NCBI GenBank assembly: GCA_041657425.1
Contig: JBBABY010000003.1
Coordinates: forward strand, 1-32,000
Length of the DNA: 32,000 nucleotides
Source: an archaeon
GTDB lineage: Archaea > Iainarchaeota > Iainarchaeia > Iainarchaeales > CSSED10-239
Direction: 5' to 3'
The translations under genes were made by a program, and so were the position numbers. Below are positions 16,610-25,586 of the stretch, piece by piece. Each line of letters starts with the position of its first letter. The first letter of the stretch is position 1. The notes beneath the pieces are model-generated. The model was not told the DNA's origin. It was given only the letters and a program-made list of their open reading frames with translations, and searched no databases.

Positions 16610-17769
16610 TTCAACAACCTCCTGTAAACTTCCATATACTGTTTCGCAATATTCTCCGGTAAATATTTCAATGCTGTTTCCCTCCCTCCTTTTCCAAGTT
16701 GCTCTTTTAATGCATCACCACAAATTAAAATCTTAAATGCTAGTTCTTCGTGGTTTCCGTTTTTTACCAACAATCCATCAACACCATCTTTTATTATACT
16801 TTCCGAACCGCCCGACCGGGTTGCTATTACTGGTGTTCCTGTAGCCATCGCTTCAAGAATGGTTATACCCTCTGATTCTTCATATGAAGGTGAAATATAT
16901 ATTGATGCATTAGAATATTCTTTCATTAATAATGTATCGCTTACTTTTCCAACAAAATTCACATTGTCAATTAAATCCAAATCGGAAATGAGTTTCATTA
17001 TATCTGCGCAATATATAGGACTTCGTATCGAACCAACGACATTCAATTTTATATAAGGCATTTGTTTTTTAACTATATAAAGTGATCGGATAAGAACGTC
17101 TAATCCTTTTCGTTTTTCAATCCCCCCAACATATAATAATAGATTTGGTATTGTGTATTTTGTTGTAACATCCATAAAACATGGATCAACCGGGTTGGAA
17201 ATGACATCTACATGTATCGCATAGTTTCCATATTGTGTTTTCGATATGCATTTTCTCATTTCTCTTTCTACATAATAAGAAACGGCAACAACGTTTTCCA
17301 TTTTTTCAAAGATGTGTGATTCCATTTTACAACAACTTATACGATGCCACGCGCCTTTTAGACCAGACCAATATTTTGATTCATTGTGTGACACTCCGTG
17401 AACAGTTATAAGAACAGGACATTTTTTATATGCAATTGCTGGGTATCCATATTCCCAGCTTGAACCATTGGCGTGGATTAAATCTGGTTTTATTTTATTT
17501 ATTTCATGCAATATCAATTGCTTGGAAAGGAATTTTGGAACCAAGATTGGTTTGTTTCTTAAAGGAAAATGGATATAATGGATTGCAAGATTTTTGTTGA
17601 TTGACACAAAAGATTTATCAATTCCATCCGTGATTGTCAATACGTGAAAGTCATATTCTGGGCACAATTTTGATAATGCATTGGCAGTTAAATAAACTGA
17701 CCGCATTATTCCGCCGGTTATTGTTTCATTGGGTAGTGGGTAGTCTCCGAGTATAAGAATACGTGTCAT
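16597..17769 (-). CDS. GT-B glycosyltransferase, GT4-like
   Basis: ESEGITILEAMATGTPVIATRSGGSESIIKDGVDGLLV is the EX7E retaining GT-B signature. The N-terminus RILILGDYPLP is typical. Confidence 0.85.
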   Translation of the reverse strand: MTRILILGDYPLPNETITGGIMRSVYLTANALSKLCPEYDFHVLTITDGIDKSFVSINKNLAIHYIHFPLRNKPILVPKFLSKQLILHEINKIKPDLIHANGSSWEYGYPAIAYKKCPVLITVHGVSHNESKYWSGLKGAWHRISCCKMESHIFEKMENVVAVSYYVEREMRKCISKTQYGNYAIHVDVISNPVDPCFMDVTTKYTIPNLLLYVGGIEKRKGLDVLIRSLYIVKKQMPYIKLNVVGSIRSPIYCADIMKLISDLDLIDNVNFVGKVSDTLLMKEYSNASIYISPSYEESEGITILEAMATGTPVIATRSGGSESIIKDGVDGLLVKNGNHEELAFKILICGDALKEQLGKGGRETALKYLPENIAKQYMEVYRRLLKCQN

Positions 17770-18758
17770 ATTAATTCCTTGATGAGTTGTTTCACCGATT
17801 CTTGTTTTCTTTCACGGCTGAAATAACGTGCGCGCTCACGCGCTTTTGAACCGTCCATAGTCATTGCTTTATTAATTGCATTAATAGTTGCTGTAACATC
17901 TCCATAAGGCACGATAATACCCGTGTCTTCTACAATCCACGGCAAAGCACCTTTATCGCTAACAACAGGCACACAACCATATGCCATTGCCTCTACAAGT
18001 GAGATACCAAATGTTTCATCGCGTGAAAGTTGGCAATAGACTTTGGCGCGTTTCAAATAGTCCTCGTATTCTTTTCGTGGGAGATGTTCTAATATTTTTG
18101 TGTTATAAAGAATATTTTTTGATGCTTCTTGAAATATTGAAATTCCTTTATAAGCATACGCATGTTTCGAACACACGGCGGTTACAGCAAGATCTTCTTT
18201 TTGTGGAAGTGGTATATCACAAGTTTCCGTATCAACCCAATTCGGAATTGTGATTATATGAGCCATTGTGTGGGTTAAGTAATAATTTTCAAAATAATAA
18301 TCGTCTTCGGGCAATGCAAATGTATTATCCATCAATTTTATTCCTATACCAACTTTTAATGTTTTAACATTGTATACGGGGGAAGGAACAATAATTTCTG
18401 TTGCATTTCTTATAATCCATCTTGAAACATATCCACGGATTGGTTTAAGTTGATTTCCATAATTAATTTCAGATATTCCAGAAACTTCAAATCCACCGAC
18501 ATTCACAGCTGTGGGTATATTAAATATTTTTGCAATAATAACTAATGGTAGTGCCGGGCAATCTGCAAACCAAACCCAGACGAGATTTGATTTTCTAATA
18601 TTTAAAACTTGTTGAAAACATTTAAATAGATAAAGCGGAAAATCCATTTTTTTGATCGGGGTGTTAAAAATAAAAACATCGTGATCTTCCTTTAAAAGTT
18701 CTGCATCTCCTTGTATAAAAGGACTGCGCATATCTCCGGCGAAAAAGATTTTTGTCAT
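17766..18758 (-). CDS. GT-B glycosyltransferase, GT1/GT4-like
   Basis: ETFGISLVEAMAYGCVPVVSDKGALPWIVED (EX7E). 330 aa, with an ATGA overlap downstream. Confidence 0.75.
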   Translation of the reverse strand: MTKIFFAGDMRSPFIQGDAELLKEDHDVFIFNTPIKKMDFPLYLFKCFQQVLNIRKSNLVWVWFADCPALPLVIIAKIFNIPTAVNVGGFEVSGISEINYGNQLKPIRGYVSRWIIRNATEIIVPSPVYNVKTLKVGIGIKLMDNTFALPEDDYYFENYYLTHTMAHIITIPNWVDTETCDIPLPQKEDLAVTAVCSKHAYAYKGISIFQEASKNILYNTKILEHLPRKEYEDYLKRAKVYCQLSRDETFGISLVEAMAYGCVPVVSDKGALPWIVEDTGIIVPYGDVTATINAINKAMTMDGSKARERARYFSRERKQESVKQLIKELI

Positions 18759-19547
18759 TTAATATCCTCTAATAAAATCTTTAACTATATTCCACATTAC
18801 CATTATTTTTTCATCGAGAATTCTATAATGAATTAAAAACGATGTTTCTGGTTTTTCCAGATTGTTCCTTTTTAAAAATTCTCGTAAATTTTCCATTACT
18901 TTTATAACGTTTTGGTGATAAGCAACAAAGGAATAGTTACTTCGTTTTTGTATACTATTTTCTGAAATAGTATATTCAAACAAAGGTGTCGGGTCGTAAT
19001 AAATTTGTGTTGTTGCTACAAATCTTATTGAGAAATCATAGTCTTCACAAAGTGGGAGCAGGTTGTATAGACCTGTTTTTTCCAATAAACTTCTGCGAAT
19101 TACACATGACGATGTTACAACGAAATCCCCTATTATTTCCTGTGGAAGCATGTCGGGTTCATTTGTAATATTTCTTTTAATATATAAATCTTTTCCTATG
19201 TTCCCGTTACTGCAAACCAATCCTAATTTTGGGTCTATTAATAATCTTGATATCTGCGATGCTAATTTTTCTGGATACCAAACATCATCATCATCTAAAA
19301 AGGCAATGTATTTTCCATTTGAAACTTTAATGCCCATGTTTCTGGATATGGCTGGATATGATGTTGTAGGTATATGAAGAAAATGGACATTTGGATAATT
19401 ATCGGAAATTTCGTTGGTTGCCCATGTGTCATCTACAACAATAATTTCATAATCTGTAAAAGTCTGATCTAGGACACTTTGGATTGCTCGTTTTAAAGAT
19501 AGGTTGCGGTTGTGAGTTGGAATGATAACAGAAACGAGAGGAGGCAT
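18759..19547 (-). CDS. family 2 (GT-A) glycosyltransferase
   Basis: VSVIIPTHNRNLSLKRAIQSVLDQTFTDYEIIVVDD and FLDDDD (DXD). First gene after the promoter-like box. Confidence 0.85.
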   Translation of the reverse strand: MPPLVSVIIPTHNRNLSLKRAIQSVLDQTFTDYEIIVVDDTWATNEISDNYPNVHFLHIPTTSYPAISRNMGIKVSNGKYIAFLDDDDVWYPEKLASQISRLLIDPKLGLVCSNGNIGKDLYIKRNITNEPDMLPQEIIGDFVVTSSCVIRRSLLEKTGLYNLLPLCEDYDFSIRFVATTQIYYDPTPLFEYTISENSIQKRSNYSFVAYHQNVIKVMENLREFLKRNNLEKPETSFLIHYRILDEKIMVMWNIVKDFIRGY

Positions 19548-19555
19548 ATTGTAAT

Positions 19556-19579
19556 AAGATAGGACGCGTTAATATAAAA
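19556..19579 (-). promoter_or_regulatory. promoter-like box TTTTAT-N12(ATTAACGCGTCC)-TATCTT, 8 nt before ATG 19547
   Basis: Same architecture and CGCGT(T/C)CTAT core as the boxes at 971 and 27809. No SD before the GT2 start. Confidence 0.35.
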
Positions 19580-19592
19580 AGGTTGTGGTGGG

Positions 19593-21149
19593 TTATTTGC
19601 CTTCACGAATACGTTTTCTTCCAAGTTCACAATATTCAGGATTGAGTTCTATACCAATATAATCACGATTATGGAGTTTACAAGCGACACCGGTTGCTGA
19701 TGAGCCGGAGAAGGGATCGAGAATTGCGGCGGGAACTGGTATGTTATTTGTGCAATTACAAGATGGTTGCCAATCTATGGTTTCAGTAATTTGAGCAACA
19801 TGACCACCAGTGCGTTCTAATCCCTGCGCATTACCGGGATTGAGTTTTTGCTTCTGATCATCAGAACCAATGGTGGGGCGAGTTATATATGATTCTTTTT
19901 TCGCAACTCTAACCCACGGCGCTCCACAATGTGGGCAAACGCCTTTTTCTGATGTTCCCGCGAGAATTAGGGGTTCTACAAGCCTTATCGGATATGCGGC
20001 AAAATGTGAACCTTTATACGGTTTCGGATTTACCACAAGAGCCATTGGTTCACCATCTTCATTGTGAAGAAGTCCTTGCCATGTCTTGAAGAAGAAATCG
20101 GAATCCCGCATGTAACGAAGGCCATAACCATTAGGTTCATAGCGAGCGTTAAATCCTGTGTAAGTTTCATTCCCTGTGTTATCTTGCTTTTTAAATTGCC
20201 CCCCATCTGGATACTTGGAGTTTGTGTTTACGCATTGACGAATAACACCGCGCGGTCTTTTATCTTTGTTGTAAGATTCTGATGAAAGTTGCATTGTTGC
20301 TATGTAGTCATAGTAATATTTCTGTGATTTTGAGAATAAGAATATGTGTTCAATGGAAGAGCCGGGGCGATCTGTTACAGATGATGGAAGTGAATTTCTT
20401 TTTACCCAAGGAATATCAGAACGGAGATACCAACCCCCCTTACTTGCTTTTAACCACTCTTCATCCAAATCTTCAATTGTTCTTTTAGTATGTTTTGGAA
20501 CGTCATTCCAAGTATCATAATCTCGAAGCAACGAAGTTTTGATTTTTTCTACTGTATACATTGTCTGTGGTGATGAGGCACCATCGGAGCGCATAGAAAA
20601 TGCTAAAGCCCACGGGATACCAATAAGGTCTTTGGGTTTCATTCCCATAAGTTTTGACTTATCTACATTCCCGGATTTAGAGTGACCTTCAAGATTTCTT
20701 CCTTTAAGAATATCTGATCCACCGTTGAACGATCCGCATTTAGAAGCACAATAACTATCCCCAATATTCATCCAGAAAACACCGTCGCTTCTTAAAATCC
20801 TTTTTAATTCATGAAAGATAGTTGTTAGGTGTTTAACAAACAATTCAGGTGTAGGCTCTTGTCCCAGTTCACCTTTCCACGCTCCACACTTTGAACAAAT
20901 ATCACTTCGCAAATTCTCACGGTGCGTATTCCCTTCATGTTGCATTGGACCCGGTTTTGTATCAGATGATCTATATCCCGGTGGATGAACTTCCCCCCAT
21001 TCATGTTGGCAGTTTGGATCTCCATCCCATATTTGTGGTTCGGTATTGTACGAACGCAATCCATAATATGGACTTGACGTTACCGCACAATGCACTGACT
21101 CACTATCCATCCTTTTCAAAACTGTTAAAGCGTCGCCTTGGATAATCAT
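19593..21149 (-). CDS. beta-class N4/N6 DNA methyltransferase with large central insertion
   Basis: N-terminal motif IV VTSSPYY. GELGQEPTPELFVKHL...VFWMNIGDSY. C-terminal motif I ILDPFSGSSATG. Zn-type CQHEW...CSKCG. No adjacent restriction endonuclease was recognised. Confidence 0.85.
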   Translation of the reverse strand: MIIQGDALTVLKRMDSESVHCAVTSSPYYGLRSYNTEPQIWDGDPNCQHEWGEVHPPGYRSSDTKPGPMQHEGNTHRENLRSDICSKCGAWKGELGQEPTPELFVKHLTTIFHELKRILRSDGVFWMNIGDSYCASKCGSFNGGSDILKGRNLEGHSKSGNVDKSKLMGMKPKDLIGIPWALAFSMRSDGASSPQTMYTVEKIKTSLLRDYDTWNDVPKHTKRTIEDLDEEWLKASKGGWYLRSDIPWVKRNSLPSSVTDRPGSSIEHIFLFSKSQKYYYDYIATMQLSSESYNKDKRPRGVIRQCVNTNSKYPDGGQFKKQDNTGNETYTGFNARYEPNGYGLRYMRDSDFFFKTWQGLLHNEDGEPMALVVNPKPYKGSHFAAYPIRLVEPLILAGTSEKGVCPHCGAPWVRVAKKESYITRPTIGSDDQKQKLNPGNAQGLERTGGHVAQITETIDWQPSCNCTNNIPVPAAILDPFSGSSATGVACKLHNRDYIGIELNPEYCELGRKRIREGK

Positions 21150-21388
21150 TCAACAACCTCAAATAAATCGGTGTATTCGGAATCAAACAACTCATAATCA
21201 TCTCCAATCGATATTTTTAAATCCCCGAATTCTTTAGTGAGAAATCCAATTTCCCTTTCGTGATTTTCAAGCCAATGTGCTTTTTGGGATGCGAGGTATG
21301 CTACTGCTTCATCACCACCAAAACAATTTTTTAAAAATCGTTGAGCAAAATGATTTCCAGCATTTTCTATTATTTTTATTCTAATCAA
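21146..21388 (-). CDS. hypothetical acidic protein
   Basis: Track ORF of 80 aa with ATGA overlaps on both sides. Confidence 0.6.
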   Translation of the reverse strand: MIRIKIIENAGNHFAQRFLKNCFGGDEAVAYLASQKAHWLENHEREIGFLTKEFGDLKISIGDDYELFDSEYTDLFEVVE

Positions 21389-21927
21389 TTCTTCACATCC
21401 TGATACGGAATAGTATCTGCTTTCTGTGAAAGTGCAAGTTTAATATATAATTTTCTTTGTTCTCTATACCAGTCAGAATCAGAGCCTTTAAAGTTTTGGC
21501 TTTGAGGAAGCGCGCGGTATTCTTTTATTTCACCACTCAATTTGGCGCGCAGTGTGTAGAACCAAACGGGATCATATTTGTAACATAGTTTGTCGGCCCA
21601 ACAAAGTTTGGATGGAATTGTGTTTCGTGCTCTTGCAAAATGCCGAGAATGATATAAACATAAATTTCTATAATGCCGCCATTCTGTATCGGTTTTTGTA
21701 TCGAGATATTTTGCTGCAAAACTCGCTGCCCACACCGGATGATTTTCTCCCTCTGTGCCATCCATATTTGGGCATCCCCAATATCCCAAATCGTGGATGA
21801 AGATACAAACAAATTCTTTCCATGATGGCCACGATTTATAGAGTTCTTTCCATGCGAGTGTAACAGTTAGTGGATGCCAAAATATTTGATGTACGCCCCA
21901 CAACAGAGATTTTGTTCCAGTTTTCAT
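21385..21927 (-). CDS. hypothetical protein with HD-like motif (possible metal-dependent phosphohydrolase)
   Basis: Track ORF of 180 aa with H...IHDLGYWG...H...YHSRH...D spacing reminiscent of HD-domain enzymes. The functional call is weak. AAGGAGA SD. Confidence 0.55.
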   Translation of the reverse strand: MKTGTKSLLWGVHQIFWHPLTVTLAWKELYKSWPSWKEFVCIFIHDLGYWGCPNMDGTEGENHPVWAASFAAKYLDTKTDTEWRHYRNLCLYHSRHFARARNTIPSKLCWADKLCYKYDPVWFYTLRAKLSGEIKEYRALPQSQNFKGSDSDWYREQRKLYIKLALSQKADTIPYQDVKN

Positions 21928-22003
21928 TTTTATTTCTCCTTACAAATTTGCTTCGCCGTCTTCGTTTTTATAAATCGTTCTATTGTTTCTGCACTATCTA
22001 TAC

Positions 22004-23011
22004 TTATATGCGCGTATTAAATTTTCCCACTTCACAATAGTTACATTCTTTTGTAGGGAGTTGGATGCATTGATCACAGAATTTGCTGCCTTCTGCTGCG
22101 TTGCGAGTGCATTTTTTATGAGCACATTTTGTAATATCCGATATTTTCGGCTCCGCATTGACATCAAAATATCGCGCCTGATATAACACTTCTTCCATCT
22201 GTTTAAATGCTTTTTGGCACTTTGTCAGAAGGACTTCTGCATTTTCCATGTTGTACCCGTCTTTACAACATTCTTTTGCCCATGAGTCTTCGGTATTATC
22301 TCTTTTATATTTTTCCGGATCGGATTTTATCTCGTTGATGCAATTTGCCATTTCTGTTAATACGGACTCCACCCGAACAAGATCTCTCAATAATTCTTGA
22401 ACTGGGTTTGATGTGTCTTTTGGAGCATATAAATTGATGTGACTTTCGTTTTCTCCATTATATTGAATTTTGTCAATAACTATATGCTCAGATAAAACAT
22501 CAAATGGAATATCAAATGTAACCTGATACAACATTGAACGTTCGAGATCTTCAAGAATTTGGTTTCGGTTCTTTCGCTTGAACTGCTCAAAAAATCCCCG
22601 ACTTGATGTGTTATTAAACCATATGTTTCGTGTTATTGCTTCTTTGTATGTTGGGGTAACACGATCAAATTGGTTTCCGTGGTTACAATCGTATGATACT
22701 GCCGGAGAATGATCATCATATTGTAGCGGGATATGTTGCATTAAGTCTTTTGTTTTTTCTCCGTTAATTACCCCCCACTTTTCAAACGTTTTGTGTTCTT
22801 CTTTGCAAAACCCATTGTGATCACCATATTCTTTTTCGGCGATGTTGTCAAAAGGTGTAGTAAAATACATACTGTATTTCAGGAACCCGGGTTTTTGAAT
22901 GCGGGAGTTGAAATAATATCCATATTGAACTTCTCCAAATAACAGATGCAATAATCCTATTGTTGCATCTACATCTTCGTAATTTGAGCATCGTTTAATT
23001 CCATTATACAT
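22004..23011 (-). CDS. hypothetical protein with C-terminal Cys-rich tail
   Basis: Track ORF of 335 aa, SD AAAGG. The C-terminus is CAHKKC...CDQC...CNYC. Confidence 0.7.
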   Translation of the reverse strand: MYNGIKRCSNYEDVDATIGLLHLLFGEVQYGYYFNSRIQKPGFLKYSMYFTTPFDNIAEKEYGDHNGFCKEEHKTFEKWGVINGEKTKDLMQHIPLQYDDHSPAVSYDCNHGNQFDRVTPTYKEAITRNIWFNNTSSRGFFEQFKRKNRNQILEDLERSMLYQVTFDIPFDVLSEHIVIDKIQYNGENESHINLYAPKDTSNPVQELLRDLVRVESVLTEMANCINEIKSDPEKYKRDNTEDSWAKECCKDGYNMENAEVLLTKCQKAFKQMEEVLYQARYFDVNAEPKISDITKCAHKKCTRNAAEGSKFCDQCIQLPTKECNYCEVGKFNTRI

Positions 23012-23064
23012 GATTGTTACCTTTCATAGTAAATAGTATACGTTCTAATAGTTATTAAATGTTG

Positions 23065-23241
23065 TTACTCTTTATTCGTAAACCTCTTCAAACACTCGCT
23101 CATATTCCATTGCCCACAAACAAGATTATCATCCGTCTCGCTGTTATCAAGATCACAAGTCATATTTGTATGACACGAACTTTCTTTTGTTTTCTTATGT
23201 TCGCAAGTCGCACAACACGTAAATGCTATAAACTTAATCAT
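23065..23241 (-). CDS. small Cys-rich protein (58 aa)
   Basis: MIKFIAFTCCATCEHKKTKESSCHTNMTCDLDNSETDDNLVCGQWNMSECLKRFTNKE. ATGA overlap with the Lar-like stop. Below the track cutoff. Confidence 0.45.
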   Translation of the reverse strand: MIKFIAFTCCATCEHKKTKESSCHTNMTCDLDNSETDDNLVCGQWNMSECLKRFTNKE

Positions 23242-23612
23242 TTTTTCTCCTTTTTTGAAACCATTTGAATTGGCGTTAAAAGATCGTTTATATGTTTAAT
23301 TATATTTTCAGAATTCATAAGTTCTCTTCTAATAATAAATAATGCATCTGTAGATAATTGAACACGGTTATCATCAACTTCATCAGGTATCATTGCTGGA
23401 ATAAATCTATTGTTCCACGCTTCGATTGCTTGTTGTTCGGATTCGCACCAACAATGAGGATAGAGATTTCTCCCCCTCGCATAGCAATCTTTACAAAAAA
23501 CATGATATGCATAAATTCGGTTGTTATCATCTTCTGCCAGATCTGGCACTATTTCTAGATCGTTACTTCCACAAAATGGACATGGTAATAGTTTTTCATT
23601 TTTGTCAATCAT
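23238..23612 (-). CDS. Lar-family (restriction alleviation-like) zinc-ribbon protein
   Basis: LPCPFCGSNDLEIV ... YHVFCKDCYARG ... SEQQAIEAWNNR matches the Lar-family pattern. ATG 23612 is preferred over the track's upstream start. Confidence 0.65.
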   Translation of the reverse strand: MIDKNEKLLPCPFCGSNDLEIVPDLAEDDNNRIYAYHVFCKDCYARGRNLYPHCWCESEQQAIEAWNNRFIPAMIPDEVDDNRVQLSTDALFIIRRELMNSENIIKHINDLLTPIQMVSKKEKK

Positions 23613-23922
23613 TTCCAACCACCGTATCAACCAAGTGCAAAATCGACAACCATTCCGGCACATCAATATTTACACTACCCGCATATCCCTTTTCAATCGC
23701 TTCTTCTATTTCTTTTCTAAAAAGATTTCTTCTACTCTGTGGCATATGATCCCAGTTTGCTTTTATGATATCAGCGATAGTGCTGACAACATAAGTTTGA
23801 CGACCGAGAGCGTATCGAAACGCACAAAATAAGAGAATGTCTTGGTTACAATCTTCGAAGTTGATGTAGATTTCTCCGGTTCTATGGCACGGTAGTGGGG
23901 GTGTTAGTTTTTGATTAACCAT
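23605..23922 (-). CDS. conserved-looking hypothetical protein (FRYALGRQTY motif)
   Basis: Track ORF. ATG 23922 overlaps the nrdJ stop (TGATG); GTG 23931 is the alternative start. Confidence 0.6.
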   Translation of the reverse strand: MVNQKLTPPLPCHRTGEIYINFEDCNQDILLFCAFRYALGRQTYVVSTIADIIKANWDHMPQSRRNLFRKEIEEAIEKGYAGSVNIDVPEWLSILHLVDTVVGND

Positions 23923-25315
23923 CACGAACACCTACTTTTGCCACAATTCGTACAAATCCTGCATCCGCCTTCCATCACATAATGCGGCGCGTCACAACAT
24001 TTTTCTTCTGTTGCTTCAACCTTTATACTTTTGGGCATTAACATTTTTATCGCATCGTCCAAACATTTTCCTGTAATATCCGCGCACGATTTACCACACG
24101 ATAATTTGTTCTGCATCGCCGTCATGCACTTTACTTTAGAGAATTGTTTTACATAGTTCTCTGCTGGTGTCCCCCATTCCAATCCTGCCGAAATAGAACG
24201 CCCCATTGCTGCCATATTTGCCTGACACCCACCAACACCATCACCTTCCACAAAGATCATTGTTGGTTCCTCTTTGTCGTGGCCAATGATAACATAGAAT
24301 TTCCCGCATCCACTATGGACTTTGTAAATTACAGCGGGGGTTTTGGATTCGTAGAAAGCATTTTCAGTTTCGATCCAATCTACGATACTTTCAACAACCA
24401 CGGGTTTCTTAAGTGCCAACACTTCATTCTCACGGCTACCATTGCGATAGATTGTAAGACCTTTACAACCACTCTTCCACGCGTCAATAATGATCTGTTT
24501 GATTTCTTCTTTAGTAGCAGAGTTTGGAAGGTTGATTGTTTTTGAAATGGACATATCCACATTCTTTTGGAATGTGGCCTGCATTTTTACGTGCATTGAT
24601 GAAGGGATGTCCATTGCGTTTTGGTAGAGGAGTTTGAAAGAATCTGGTAAAAATTCTATATCGCGAATCGTCCCCTTTTCATGGCAGTGTCTAATAATGG
24701 CTTGTCTCGTTCCATCCAACGTATCATATTTTACGCCATCCACGGTTACGAAGAATCCTACTTTGCCATTAAGATCAGTCATTAGATTTTTCAACGCTTC
24801 TTCAAACAACGGATGCACAATATAATGTTCGCCCAACGTGTCATGCCGCGTATATACCCAATTAAATGCGGGTTCGATACCTGATGAAGCACCCGCAATA
24901 ATACTAATTGTTCCCGTTGGTGCAATCGAAGTCAATGAAGCATTTAACCTGTTCTGTTTGATATTCGGATTCTTACCCAATGACTCTGACACTTCATGTG
25001 CGCGCTCATTAATAAATTTCATAATTTCTTCGGCAATATCAAGTGCCTTCTGACTATTATAAGGAATCCCCATTTTAATCAACGCGTCGTGGAATCCCAT
25101 AACACCGAGACCGATCTTGCGCGTTCGCTTGGATGCAAAGTCAATTTCTTGGAGTGGGTATTTGTTTTTGTCGATTACATTATTGAGGAATATAACCGCT
25201 GTGTCTATTGTGGCTTTGAGTTTGTCGTAGTCAATTGCATTGTCTTTTATGTGGTGGGAAAGGTTGATGCTACCCAAGTTGCAGCTCCCCCATGATTCTA
25301 ATAGAGCCTCCCCGC
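23922..25315 (-). CDS. nrdJ: class II (adenosylcobalamin-dependent) ribonucleotide reductase, exon 2
   Basis: Begins within the Cys codon of NPCGE, then ALLESWGSCNLGSINL. C-terminal Zn ribbon CDAPHYVMEGGCRICTNCG. Joins exon 1 in frame (694 + 1394 nt = 696 codons). Confidence 0.9.
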
Positions 25316-25586
25316 CAAGAGGTTTTTTGTTACAGCAACGATGCTTCGTTGCAGGTGTGATCATTTCTGTCACACTCTCATATTCTCATATGAGATCGGA
25401 CTATATCATCGATGTCGCGTCTATAGTCTCTGAACCTTCATCTTATTGATAAGATGCTTGGCTGCTGATTGCCCAATCATTTCTATTTTTAAAACGTTCA
25501 CGTTTATCATTTCTGATTGCGTTGTAGTTAGAGATGCTTAAGGGTGTTCCAGCAATTTACGCGATTTTAAATCCACACGGAGTTTA
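25316..25586 (-). ncRNA. group I self-splicing intron (271 nt, no ORF)
   Basis: P1 is exon AAUCCAU paired with intron GUGGAUU, with a U.G wobble at the 5' splice site. Core elements: P AAUUGCUGG, Q AAUCAGCAGC, R GGUUCAGAGACUAUAG, S GAUGAUAUAGUCCG (P7 GACUAUA/UAUAGUC). Terminal G at 25316. Confidence 0.85.
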
